Shown here piece after piece: positions 1 to 7,592 of a stretch of DNA of 45,048 bases (within the stretch, counting starts at the first letter, position 1; every line of letters starts with the position of its first letter). Under the pieces are notes generated by a model, which saw nothing but the letters and a program-made list of their open reading frames with translations, searched no databases and was not told the origin of the DNA. The translations under genes were made by a program, and so were the position numbers. Origin of the DNA: a virus; the IMG/VR virus record IMGVR_UViG_3300045988_083207. One strand, given 5' to 3'.

Positions 1-41
1 CGCTCGGCCTGTTCGGCGGCACGCAGGACGATAACGGTCAG
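1..41. repeat. Terminal direct repeat, copy 1 (identical to 45008..45048)
   Basis: 41/41 nt identical to the last 41 nt of the window. Confidence 0.95.
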
Positions 42-131
42 GTGTGGCTGCGGCCGCGCGCCGGCGCGACGCGCGCCGAGACCGCAGCGCTCCTGCAGCG
101 CATGTGCACCAACGTGCTCGGCATTGCCTGA
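1..131 (+). CDS. 3' end of an SLH-domain surface protein gene, 5'-truncated by the window edge
   Basis: Open frame from nt 3 gives LGLFGGTQDDNGQVWLRPRAGATRAETAALLQRMCTNVLGIA*. This is an SLH-like repeat and joins in frame with the ORF running off the window end. Confidence 0.7.
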   Translation, partial: LGLFGGTQDDNGQVWLRPRAGATRAETAALLQRMCTNVLGIA

Positions 132-160
132 GTAGAGCGAAAATCCCCACAGCATTTCAC

Positions 161-201
161 GGGCGTCCCGGATTATCCGGGACGCCTGTTTTTGTCGTTT
201 T
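161..201 (+). terminator. Rho-independent terminator after the SLH gene
   Basis: Stem ggcgtcccgg / ccgggacgcc with loop attat, followed by tgtttttgtcgttttt. Confidence 0.7.
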
Positions 202-290
202 TCTGCAAAAAAGCGGAAAAGCCCCTTGCGGCGGGGGCGCGTTTCCGGTATACTGGATACACCAACTTTTTGAAGAAAAGGAGAAATGGC

Positions 291-1718
291 ATGAAGAAGA
301 AACTTCTGAGCATCCTGCTCGTGCTGAGCCTGATGCTCGCGCTCGTCCCGGCGGCCTTCGCGGCGGACGCCGCCAGCGGCACCTGCGGCGCCGAGGGCGA
401 CGGCAGCAACGTCACCTGGACGCTGGACGAGTCCGGCACGCTGACCATCTCCGGCACCGGCGCGATGTGCGACTACGACGATGCCTGGAGCGGCAAGCCC
501 TGGGGAAGCAGCGACGCCGTTCAGGCCGTTGTCGTGCAGGAGGGCGTCACCCACATCGGCGCATACGCCTTCTTTCGCTACACGAATTGCAGGTCCGTCA
601 GTTTGCCGTCCTCGCTGGTCTCGATCGGTGAGAGCGCCTTCGCTATGAACGACGGTCTCCGGGAGCTCGATCTGCCGGAGGGCCTCCGGGAGCTGGGCAA
701 CATGGCGTTCCTGTCCTGCGACGCGCTCAAGCGGCTCACAGTTCCGAGCACGCTCGAGACGATCGGCGATAACACGTTCAACTCGTGCGAGGCGCTCAGC
801 GATGTGACGCTTTCCGAGGGCCTGACTACCGTCGGCAACCTTATGTTCTCCAATGCCAAACGGCTCAAGACCATCACGCTGCCGCAGAGCCTGACGACCA
901 TCGGCGTGGCCGCCTTCCAGTATACCGGGCTGCAGGAGCTGCACATCCCCGCAAGCGTCACGACGATCAATGCCAAGGCATTCCAGGGCGCGGCGCTCAC
1001 TTCGGTCGAGGTGCCCGGAACGGTCAAAACGCTCCTCGACGGCGCTTTTATGGGCTGCGATGACCTGCGCAGCTTCACACTGGGCGAGGGCTCCCGGAGC
1101 GTGCCGGGCGGTCTGCTGGCCCGCTGCCGCTCGCTCGAGCGCGTCACGCTGCCGCAGTCGCTCGAGACGATCGGTGATTCCGCATTTTATGAGTGCCCGC
1201 GTCTGGGCGAGATCAACATTCCGGACAGTGTGACTACCTTGGGCAACAGCTGCTTCAGCGGCACGAGCCTGCGCGAGCTTACGCTTCCGGCGGGCACGAC
1301 TACGATCGGCAACCGCGCGTTTGCCGAGATGCGCTATCTGCGCGAGCTGCACATCCCGGACACGGTCACGTCGCTTGGCATCGGCGTGTTTGCCGGCGAC
1401 AGCGCACTCACAACGGCCACGCTGCCGTCCGGCCTGACCGAGATCCCCCAGAGTACATTTTCCTTCTGCGAGAAGCTCACGTCCATTGAGATTCCCGACG
1501 GCGTTACGAGCATCGGCAAGGAGGCCTTTCAAAAATGCACGAGCCTGACGGCCGTCGACCTGCCGGATGCCGTCACGTCCATCGGCGATCGGGCATTTCT
1601 GAACTGCCAGTCGCTCACGGAGCTGCGGCTGCCCGCTGAGCTGGAGACACTCGGCGACCGTGCGCTTTGCGATGAAAAAGTCAAGGATAAATTACAAAAT
1701 ATCAAGAAAAATATTTGA
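291..1718 (+). CDS. BspA-like LRR surface protein, 5' portion. Host-encoded to 1672, then a 15-codon prophage-derived tail.
   Basis: RBS aaaaggaga 7 nt upstream of ATG 291. Signal peptide MKKKLLSILLVLSLMLALVPAAFA. About 22-residue LRR_5-type repeats (LxxVxIPxSVTxIGxxAFxxC). The repeat pattern breaks at LGDRALC, after which AT-rich DEKVKDKLQNIKKNI* follows. Confidence 0.85.
   Translation: MKKKLLSILLVLSLMLALVPAAFAADAASGTCGAEGDGSNVTWTLDESGTLTISGTGAMCDYDDAWSGKPWGSSDAVQAVVVQEGVTHIGAYAFFRYTNCRSVSLPSSLVSIGESAFAMNDGLRELDLPEGLRELGNMAFLSCDALKRLTVPSTLETIGDNTFNSCEALSDVTLSEGLTTVGNLMFSNAKRLKTITLPQSLTTIGVAAFQYTGLQELHIPASVTTINAKAFQGAALTSVEVPGTVKTLLDGAFMGCDDLRSFTLGEGSRSVPGGLLARCRSLERVTLPQSLETIGDSAFYECPRLGEINIPDSVTTLGNSCFSGTSLRELTLPAGTTTIGNRAFAEMRYLRELHIPDTVTSLGIGVFAGDSALTTATLPSGLTEIPQSTFSFCEKLTSIEIPDGVTSIGKEAFQKCTSLTAVDLPDAVTSIGDRAFLNCQSLTELRLPAELETLGDRALCDEKVKDKLQNIKKNI
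1658..1672. repeat. Left copy of the 15-bp junction direct repeat ccgtgcgctttgcga (attL core or target-site duplication)
   Basis: Identical 15-mer at 43893..43907. Flanks diverge sharply on both sides. Joining host flanks restores the LRR reading frame. Confidence 0.85.
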
Positions 1719-1733
1719 CGTGTGATATACTTG

Positions 1734-1768
1734 GGCCGCTCCAACGTAGTGGAGCGGCCTTTTTCTTC
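1734..1768 (+). terminator. Rho-independent terminator just inside the prophage left end
   Basis: Stem ggccgctcca / tggagcggcc with loop acgtag, followed by tttttcttc. Lies 16 nt after the stop of the truncated LRR ORF. Confidence 0.7.
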
Positions 1769-1850
1769 TGGTTCTTTCGATCCATGGGCGCAGAAAACCA
1801 CCGGCGGCCGAAACCCGGCCCCGGTCGCCCCGCTCCTGTTGTTCAGATTT

Positions 1851-2885
1851 TCAGGCGGCCACGTACTCCTCGAAAACTGCCCCGGCGGATCTCCACCCCA
1901 GGATCCGGCGTGGATAGTTGTTCATCCACTCCGCCGCCCGTTCCACCTCCGCCTCCGTCACCTGATCGAAGTTTGTTCCCTTTGGGAACCACCGCCGCAG
2001 GATCCGGTTCATGTTCTCGTTGCTCCCGCGCTCTTGCGGGGAATACGGGTGGCAGTAGTAAATTTTCGTTCGTGGTCCTTTCAGCCTGTACGATCTCTGG
2101 AGGCCGGCGCAGTCCATAAATTCGCTGCCGTTGTCCACGGTGATGGTGCGGAACACTTCCCGGAACCGCTTTCCCATTCGCCGCTCCAGCCTGTTCAGCG
2201 CCCGGACCACGCTTTCCGCCGTATGATCCGGGACCCGGATCACCAGTCCCCACCTCGTCAGCCGTTCGGTCAGCACCAGCAGGGCCGCCTTTGACCCCAC
2301 CGGCCCCATAATGCTGTCCATTTCCCAGTGGCCGAACGTATTTCGCGCCCGGACCTCCGGCGGTCTGTCCTCGATGGTTTCCCCTGGCGCCTCTTTCGCC
2401 CGTTCCCGCTGTTCATATTCCCGCCGGCGCTCCCCTTTATAAAGCAGGTGTTCTTCTGTCAATTCCAGAAACACGTCCCCCCGGTAAATATACGAATAAA
2501 GGGTGGTTTCGCAGATGTGGGTTTCAAACTCCAGGCCGGCCGCCTCGATGTAGGCCAGCACCGCCCCGGGGGAATAGTGTTCTTCTATGATCTTTCGCTC
2601 CACGAAGTTGGCAAAAGCATGATCCCGGCCCAGTTTGATCTCCGGCCCCTTTGCTCTCAAATTCTCCTGGTATTTCCGCTCCGCCACTTCCGCGCAGTAT
2701 TCCTCCCGGAATATGTACCCCTCTTTTTGCTGGAGGCATAGGCCCCGTTTAATCTCGTTGTAAATTGTCTTGACGCATACCCCCAGCATTTCCGCGATCT
2801 CCGCAGGCTTTCCCCCGGTTTTCAGCGCCCCCTCGATTTTCAGGCGGTCCTCCCACTTTAGGTGGTGATACCCTTTGTAGTTCAT
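1851..2885 (-). CDS. IS30-family DDE transposase (candidate phage integrase)
   Basis: 344 aa. N-terminal HTH (KPAEIAEMLGVCVKTIYNEIKRG). DDE triad contexts GHWEMD, TVDNGSEF and SPQERGSNENMN. RBS aaggggga. Confidence 0.85.
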   Translation of the reverse strand: MNYKGYHHLKWEDRLKIEGALKTGGKPAEIAEMLGVCVKTIYNEIKRGLCLQQKEGYIFREEYCAEVAERKYQENLRAKGPEIKLGRDHAFANFVERKIIEEHYSPGAVLAYIEAAGLEFETHICETTLYSYIYRGDVFLELTEEHLLYKGERRREYEQRERAKEAPGETIEDRPPEVRARNTFGHWEMDSIMGPVGSKAALLVLTERLTRWGLVIRVPDHTAESVVRALNRLERRMGKRFREVFRTITVDNGSEFMDCAGLQRSYRLKGPRTKIYYCHPYSPQERGSNENMNRILRRWFPKGTNFDQVTEAEVERAAEWMNNYPRRILGWRSAGAVFEEYVAA

Positions 2886-2903
2886 ATTTTCCCCCTTTGC
2901 GCG

Positions 2904-2936
2904 AAAAAACGGCCGGCGTGAAAATCACGCCGGCCG
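2904..2936 (-). terminator. Rho-independent terminator between the XRE gene and the transposase gene
   Basis: On the minus strand: stem cggccggcgtg / cacgccggccg, followed by tttttt. Confidence 0.7.
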
Positions 2937-2939
2937 CTC

Positions 2940-3182
2940 TCATTCTTTCCCTAATATCCATAGCACGGAAACGCCCAGGACCTCCGCTATTGTGACCACC
3001 TCATAATCCGTGACCAGGTGATCACCCATTTCCATCCGGCTGATCACGTCCCTCTCCATCGGGACGCCCTCCAGTTGGAGCAGGCGGGCCAGGTCCGTTT
3101 GTGACAGCCGTTTTTCCAGCCTCGCCATGCGTATGCGGTCCCCGCAGATATTCTTTTTCCCGTGATATAGAAATTTCTTCAC
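2940..3182 (-). CDS. XRE-family (Cro/CI-type) HTH regulator
   Basis: 80 aa. IRMARLEKRLSQTDLARLLQLEGVPMERDVISRMEMG. GTG start with GGAGG RBS. Confidence 0.8.
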   Translation of the reverse strand: MKKFLYHGKKNICGDRIRMARLEKRLSQTDLARLLQLEGVPMERDVISRMEMGDHLVTDYEVVTIAEVLGVSVLWILGKE

Positions 3183-3250
3183 CGCCGCGCCTCCGTGTGG
3201 GAATAATCGGACTTTTTCTTAACTTTAGCACGGGATCGCTTGAAAACCCG

Positions 3251-3266
3251 TGGTAATAGTCTGAAC
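3251..3266 (+). promoter_or_regulatory. GTGGTAATAGTCTGAA motif copy a (extended -10-like TGnTAATAG, or operator)
   Basis: 16/16 identical to 22566..22581. Lies between the RHH and XRE genes and points antisense into the RHH gene. Confidence 0.45.
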
Positions 3267-3332
3267 GAAGAAAAATTGATTATTCCAGCGGGGCGCCCTC
3301 GGGCGGCCCCTACACCGGCGCGTGTGGTGCCG

Positions 3333-3542
3333 TTACTCTTTCCCCAGGATTTCGTCCGCCAGTCGGTCCATGGCCATTTCCATGAACTCGTTAAGGCTAT
3401 GTCCTGCGGCGGCTGCGGCCGCTTTGTATCGGTCCTTTTTTCCTCGTTTTACATACGGGGAAAGTCGATCATAGTTCTTTTCGTTGAAAGCCCGCTTGTA
3501 GTCCGTGGCGCTCATTCCGCCCTCTTTTTTTGGTCTGCCCAT
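3333..3542 (-). CDS. Ribbon-helix-helix (Arc/CopG-like) DNA-binding protein
   Basis: MGRPKKEGG...YDRLSPYVKRGKKDRYKAAAAAAGHSLNEFMEMAMDRLADE. ATG 3542 has a GAGGTG RBS. Confidence 0.65.
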   Translation of the reverse strand: MGRPKKEGGMSATDYKRAFNEKNYDRLSPYVKRGKKDRYKAAAAAAGHSLNEFMEMAMDRLADEILGKE

Positions 3543-3560
3543 ACTTATCACCTCGCCCTC

Positions 3561-3572
3561 ATAATACCACGG
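3561..3572 (-). promoter_or_regulatory. Motif copy b, CCGTGGTATTAT (extended -10-like), directly upstream of the RHH gene
   Basis: Minus strand reads ccgTGgTATTATgagggcgaggtgataagtATG. Confidence 0.45.
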
Positions 3573-3584
3573 ATTTTCGTTTTT

Positions 3585-3660
3585 ATCTACTGTTAGATTT
3601 ATATAAATATCTCACGTTAGATTTGTATATTCCGCCCCTTGTTTTTATCTCCTGTTAGAT
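3585..3660. promoter_or_regulatory. Three 14-bp palindromic operator-like sites, ATCT(A/C)-N4-TAGAT
   Basis: Sites at 3585..3598 atctactgttagat, 3609..3622 atctcacgttagat and 3647..3660 atctcctgttagat. They lie in the AT-rich divergent region between the RHH gene and the plus-strand small ORFs. Confidence 0.65.
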
Positions 3661-3667
3661 GTATAAT
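3639..3667 (+). promoter_or_regulatory. Sigma-70-type promoter for the plus-strand small-ORF operon
   Basis: -35 TTGTTT (3639..3644), 17-nt spacer, -10 TATAAT (3662..3667). The third operator sits in the spacer. Confidence 0.55.
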
Positions 3668-3700
3668 CTAATCAGTTCAAGAGGAAAGGGGGTGGTTGAA

Positions 3701-3835
3701 ATGGGCAAGAAAAAACGCCGCAGGCGAAAGCCTACGGCGCAGCCCTCCAGAAAAGTTGACTTCCTGGCCGACATTCTGGCGGGCACGATCTCCGGCCTGA
3801 TAACAGCGGCAATTCTCAAATTGCTGGACTGGTAA
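3701..3835 (+). CDS. 44-aa small protein with a basic N-terminus and hydrophobic C-terminus
   Basis: RBS ggaaaggggg. MGKKKRRRRKPTAQPSRKVDFLADILAGTISGLITAAILKLLDW*. Below the ORF-track length cut-off. Confidence 0.45.
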   Translation: MGKKKRRRRKPTAQPSRKVDFLADILAGTISGLITAAILKLLDW

Positions 3836-3841
3836 AGGCCA

Positions 3842-3871
3842 GGGGTGCGGAGGCCCGAACCTCCGCACCCC
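3842..3871 (+). other. Perfect 12-bp GC-rich hairpin without a U-tract
   Basis: Stem ggggtgcggagg / cctccgcacccc with loop cccgaa. Confidence 0.6.
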
Positions 3872-3916
3872 AAATATAAAACAATTCGTCCGGTTTTGTC
3901 AATAGGAGGGCAGTTG

Positions 3917-4018
3917 ATGAAATTTATAATTTCTCTTGTGATCTTTGTGGCGGTGTTCGTCCCGCTCCGTCGGTTGTTCCGCAAAATTCTGAAAGGTGGT
4001 AAAGATCATGTTGATTAA
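3917..4018 (+). CDS. 33-aa small membrane peptide
   Basis: RBS aggagg. MKFIISLVIFVAVFVPLRRLFRKILKGGKDHVD*. Confidence 0.35.
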   Translation: MKFIISLVIFVAVFVPLRRLFRKILKGGKDHVD

Positions 4019-4229
4019 ACAGAATGGGAAATATGGGGCCATGGTCGGAAATATCCGGGTTTTTACCATGGAACGGGCCGTGGAGGTCTATAAGATGTTC
4101 GCCGCCCGGTGTTATGCGGACCTCACCATGGAGGCCAGCGTGGTTCTCTCCAATGTGGGTGACGATATGCACCGCCTTGGTTTCACTTGGGCTGAAATTG
4201 AAGATATGGAACTGGAGGCAATCGCGTGA
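4008..4229 (+). CDS. Hypothetical protein (73 aa)
   Basis: ATG 4008 after aaaggtgg. MLIKQNGKYGAMVGNIRVFTMERAVEVYKMF... Confidence 0.5.
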   Translation: MLIKQNGKYGAMVGNIRVFTMERAVEVYKMFAARCYADLTMEASVVLSNVGDDMHRLGFTWAEIEDMELEAIA

Positions 4230-4240
4230 TCGCAGATAAA

Positions 4241-4267
4241 CCCCCGGCACCTGCGCGGTGCCGGGGG
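4241..4267. terminator. Hairpin between convergent genes (bidirectional terminator)
   Basis: Stem cccccggcac / gtgccggggg, followed by ttctcttt. Confidence 0.6.
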
Positions 4268-4273
4268 TTCTCT

Positions 4274-4612
4274 TTACTCTGTTTTGCTTTTGTTCCAGTC
4301 GGTGATCTGTTCCAGGGCCTCCCGCAGTTTATCGAACCCGAACATGGCCGCGTATGCCACGAACAGGCCCAGGGCCACCGCGCCGGCCACCATGTACCAG
4401 GTGACGGCCCAGCCCATGATCTGGCACACCGCAAAGAACGCCACCAGGGTCACGGCCATGGATACCACCACGGCCAGGATATTGGTGGGGATCTTGTCCC
4501 AGGTTACTTTCTTTACCACCTGGGTGATGATGTTCGTGATCACGGTCAGGATCAGCGCCGCCAGCAGGATGGCGGACACCACCACGGGGATGTACTGCAT
4601 AATGTTTTCCAC
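4274..4612 (-). CDS. Holin-like membrane protein
   Basis: 112 aa with three hydrophobic segments and a charged C-terminus. Sits immediately downstream of the endolysin. Confidence 0.6.
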   Translation of the reverse strand: MENIMQYIPVVVSAILLAALILTVITNIITQVVKKVTWDKIPTNILAVVVSMAVTLVAFFAVCQIMGWAVTWYMVAGAVALGLFVAYAAMFGFDKLREALEQITDWNKSKTE

Positions 4613-4630
4613 TTTTATGTCCTCCTCTGA

Positions 4631-5614
4631 TTATTTCACAGCCCCGCCCAGCGCCTGCAGCAGCAGGTCCAGGGAAGGGAATGTGCCGTAAATGCTCCGC
4701 CAGTAGTCCGGGGAGTTGATCACGCCGGCGGCCGCCAGGGCGTCCACGCCCTCCTCCGGTGTGTTGGTGCGCGGTCCCGCTTTGGTGATGGCCTGCGCGG
4801 CCGCTTTCAGCAGCAGGTCCAGATATTTCACCTTTCCCGCCTCCGCCGCCTCCGCCCAGTAGTCCGGGGAGTTGATCACGCCCAGGGCCTCCAGTTTATC
4901 GGCGGCCGCCTGGGGGGTGTCCTGGAGCATAAGCACCTGGCCCACCCGGATCAGGTTCTTGTTTTTGATGGCGTTGATCTCCACCAGCGCGTCCACGGTG
5001 GTCCCGTATGTATTGGCAATTTTGGATAGTGTGTCGCCGGACTTCACCGTGTAGATGGTCGCTCCGCCGGCGGATCCATTCGCGGTGCCGCCGGTTTCGG
5101 TTGCTTTGCCCGCATAGTCCGGGGTGCCGAAACCGCGAATATACTTCCCGTTGATCTTCATGGTCCGGTATCCCACGGCGTTGCTCTTGTTCCCCTCGAT
5201 CACGGTAAAGGTGCTGCCGGACACCGCCGTGACGATACCCACATGGTCGGCGGAGGCCGTCAGGTCGGTGGTTGCGTAGTTCGCGCCGTCGTCCCAGTTG
5301 TAAAAAATGTAGTCGCCCGGCTCCGGCGTGTAGGCGTCATTTTCCTGCCAGGCCCCCAGTTTCTTGAACAGTTCAATGTGCTTTTCGCACCCGCACTCGG
5401 TGGGAATAATGTCGGTCATTCCCGCTTTGATGGCCACGGCGCTGGCAAATGTGCTGCACCATGCGTCCGTGTACTTCACCGCGTACCCCCGGGCCAGGGG
5501 CTTGTGGGAGTTGTAAACGTCGATGATCTTTTTGTGGCTCCCGTCGCTTTCTTTGCACCCCAGCCACGCCACGGCGGTGTCCACAATCTTTTGTCGCAGT
5601 TGCTGTTCTGTCAT
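4631..5614 (-). CDS. Endolysin: CHAP/NlpC-P60-type peptidase, LysM, and two C-terminal GVINSPDYW repeats
   Basis: Catalytic context [13 protein letters not shown] ... DHVGIV. LysM: [27 protein letters not shown]. Two repeats [11 protein letters not shown] / [11 protein letters not shown]. Confidence 0.8.
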   Translation of the reverse strand: MTEQQLRQKIVDTAVAWLGCKESDGSHKKIIDVYNSHKPLARGYAVKYTDAWCSTFASAVAIKAGMTDIIPTECGCEKHIELFKKLGAWQENDAYTPEPGDYIFYNWDDGANYATTDLTASADHVGIVTAVSGSTFTVIEGNKSNAVGYRTMKINGKYIRGFGTPDYAGKATETGGTANGSAGGATIYTVKSGDTLSKIANTYGTTVDALVEINAIKNKNLIRVGQVLMLQDTPQAAADKLEALGVINSPDYWAEAAEAGKVKYLDLLLKAAAQAITKAGPRTNTPEEGVDALAAAGVINSPDYWRSIYGTFPSLDLLLQALGGAVK

Positions 5615-5630
5615 TGGTAAACCCTCCTTG

Positions 5631-6044
5631 TTAAATCCCCACGTCTGGCGGTTCCTCCCGCTCCGTGGGCGGTTCTACCGGATCGGCCCTTCGGCCGCTC
5701 CCGCTCGTTCTGGCGGCCTCCGCCGCCTTGTCCTTGTTGGTCTTGATCCACCCCATGACGCCATTTTCCAGCCCACACACCCCGAACACACAGGCCGTCA
5801 GCGTTGCAGGTTCGCTCCCCGTGTGCCAGAACACGGCCAGGTCCGCCGCCGTGTAGATCACCAGCACAACGGCCTCCAGGATCAGAACCTTGTCCATAGT
5901 TCCCATTTTCTTTTCTGCCGCCTTTGCCAGTCGTGCAGCGGCCACCCTGTTTCCTCCGGCCAGCCGTGTGGCCACCCAGCACAATGCAAAGGCAAGCGCG
6001 GCCCCTCCCATCATGGCGGCCGCCGCAATAAATACCGTTTTCAT
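5631..6044 (-). CDS. Membrane protein of the lysis cassette (holin-like)
   Basis: Start [14 protein letters not shown] overlaps the upstream stop by 1 nt. Multiple TM segments. Confidence 0.5.
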   Translation of the reverse strand: MKTVFIAAAAMMGGAALAFALCWVATRLAGGNRVAAARLAKAAEKKMGTMDKVLILEAVVLVIYTAADLAVFWHTGSEPATLTACVFGVCGLENGVMGWIKTNKDKAAEAARTSGSGRRADPVEPPTEREEPPDVGI

Positions 6045-6379
6045 CACGCCGCCACCGTCAGCAGGTAGACGATCCCGGCGAACGCGGCCGCCGCCAGGGC
6101 GCCCACCAGTCCCCCTATGAATTTGTCCACGATACCGTCCCACCGTTTCCCCGGTTTTCTCTCTATCGCGTCCACCTTCTTGTCCAGATCCGTCACGCTC
6201 TGCTTTATGTTCGACATGGCCTCCGTCTGGTATTTCTGCTCTGTCGCCATGACCTCCACAGCGGTGGCCAGCCGGTTCACGGCGTCGATTTCCTCCGCCA
6301 GTTCGTTGATCCGGTGGGTGTTCGATTTGCTCCGCTGCTCAACCTCTGCCAGTTTTACGGCCATTTCTTCCTGGTTCAA
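6044..6379 (-). CDS. xhlA: XhlA-like lysis-associated protein
   Basis: N-terminal coiled coil plus a single C-terminal TM (GGLVGALAAAAFAGIVYLL). Positioned ahead of the holin and endolysin as in PBSX. Confidence 0.55.
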   Translation of the reverse strand: MNQEEMAVKLAEVEQRSKSNTHRINELAEEIDAVNRLATAVEVMATEQKYQTEAMSNIKQSVTDLDKKVDAIERKPGKRWDGIVDKFIGGLVGALAAAAFAGIVYLLTVAA

Positions 6380-6558
6380 GGTCCCACCCCCTCACCGATG
6401 GCCACGGCATACTGCTGCCGGACGGCCGCGATCTCCTCCGCATGGGCTACCGCTCCATGCTGTGCCAGTTCCATGGCCTGCGCCTGAATGATCACGTTCA
6501 TGCGGTCAATGACGGCGCACAGGTCTGCGATCACCTTTGTGTGGTCCATTGGCGTCAC
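6376..6558 (-). CDS. Hypothetical protein (60 aa)
   Basis: ORF with overlapping stop/start coupling to its neighbours. Confidence 0.4.
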   Translation of the reverse strand: MTPMDHTKVIADLCAVIDRMNVIIQAQAMELAQHGAVAHAEEIAAVRQQYAVAIGEGVGP

Positions 6559-6959
6559 CCCCTTGCCCCGATCAGTCCCGCGATATGCCGCAGGTCCTCC
6601 ACCGGCGCCTCGAAAAATTCATGGCTCCACAAGAAATGATCCTCATGGTCTGCCCGCCTGTATTTCTGGCAGGTGGCGTCCTCCCACACCAGATCCCAGC
6701 GGTCTTGATGGCCTTTGTCCCGTTTCTCCAGTCTGGAGGTAATGGCCAGCGTCAGGGCGCCCCGCTCCCGGCCTTGTCCGTCGTCGTCCCTGGCGAAATA
6801 CAGGTGTGCTTTTCTGCTGGTCACGGCGCACACGGCCGCACCCTGGTGGATGATCAGGCCGTCCACGGCCTCCACTTCCGTGCCATAGGGGAGATTTACG
6901 CGGCCGGAGATCCCCGCCTCTCTCATGCGCTTTTTAACGATGTAGCGGACATTCCCCAT
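6555..6959 (-). CDS. Hypothetical protein (134 aa)
   Basis: Translationally coupled ORF. No motif recognised. Confidence 0.5.
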   Translation of the reverse strand: MGNVRYIVKKRMREAGISGRVNLPYGTEVEAVDGLIIHQGAAVCAVTSRKAHLYFARDDDGQGRERGALTLAITSRLEKRDKGHQDRWDLVWEDATCQKYRRADHEDHFLWSHEFFEAPVEDLRHIAGLIGARG

Positions 6960-6962
6960 TGG

Positions 6963-7592
6963 TTACACCTCCGCCGCGTCGTCTGCGGCCTCCGTCCATC
7001 CGTACACGCCAGGCTCCCAAACATTGGCCGCCACGTCACTGATCCAGTGTTTCCCGTTGTGGCTGACCTTTGCCCCCTGTTCGTATGCGTCATGGGCGCC
7101 CAGTGGCTGGGACCATTCCGGCCACTCCTCCGCAGGGTCGGAAATGCTCACCCACAGGCTCACCGCCGCGTCCGGCGTCCAGTCCGCTTGCGACGTGTGC
7201 GCCTGCAGGCATTTATACAGTTTCCCGTCCGTGTAGCGCCGGATCTGCCCGGCTGCGTAGTTGACGGGATAGGCCCATGGTGAAAACAGGTCCGCGTGTT
7301 CCGCCGCTGTCACGTCGTCGATGTTTCCGGCCTCCGCCATGGTGGTGAACACGATCCCGTTGGCCGTTGCCGTTTTCTCGATCTCCTGGCCCGCGTCCAC
7401 TTCCTCCATGACCACGCTTTCCGCGCCCTCCACGGCATCTCTGCCCAGGATGTGGTACACGGCCCCGCCGTATGCGATCCCCGTCGCCTCCGCCTCCTGG
7501 CAAAGGACAAAGCACCCGTTTCCCGCTTGCCTCACATAGGTGGGTGCCTCGGTCATGCCCAGGCTTGTCCCGTCCTTGATGATCTTAAACAT
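6963..7592 (-). CDS. Carbohydrate-binding protein with two CBM5/12-like modules
   Basis: YAAGQIRRYTDGKLYKCLQAHTSQADWTPDAAVSLW and YEQGAKVSHNGKHWISDVAANVWEPG. ATG 7592 has a GGAGGTG RBS. Confidence 0.6.
   Translation of the reverse strand: MFKIIKDGTSLGMTEAPTYVRQAGNGCFVLCQEAEATGIAYGGAVYHILGRDAVEGAESVVMEEVDAGQEIEKTATANGIVFTTMAEAGNIDDVTAAEHADLFSPWAYPVNYAAGQIRRYTDGKLYKCLQAHTSQADWTPDAAVSLWVSISDPAEEWPEWSQPLGAHDAYEQGAKVSHNGKHWISDVAANVWEPGVYGWTEAADDAAEV

Noticed and set aside
1722-2960. The transposase as part of an ordinary stand-alone IS30-family insertion sequence
   Set aside because: I compared 1740..1850 with the reverse complement of 2886..3000. The only match is an 8-mer (gagcggcc) lying inside two unrelated terminator hairpins. 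No terminal inverted repeats or short duplication were seen. This cannot be fully excluded without a database comparison, so it is kept as the main alternative in the finding.
3240-3596. 118-aa plus-strand ORF antisense to the RHH gene
   Set aside because: No RBS and an implausible composition. If anything is transcribed from the motif at 3251, it is more likely a non-coding antisense RNA.
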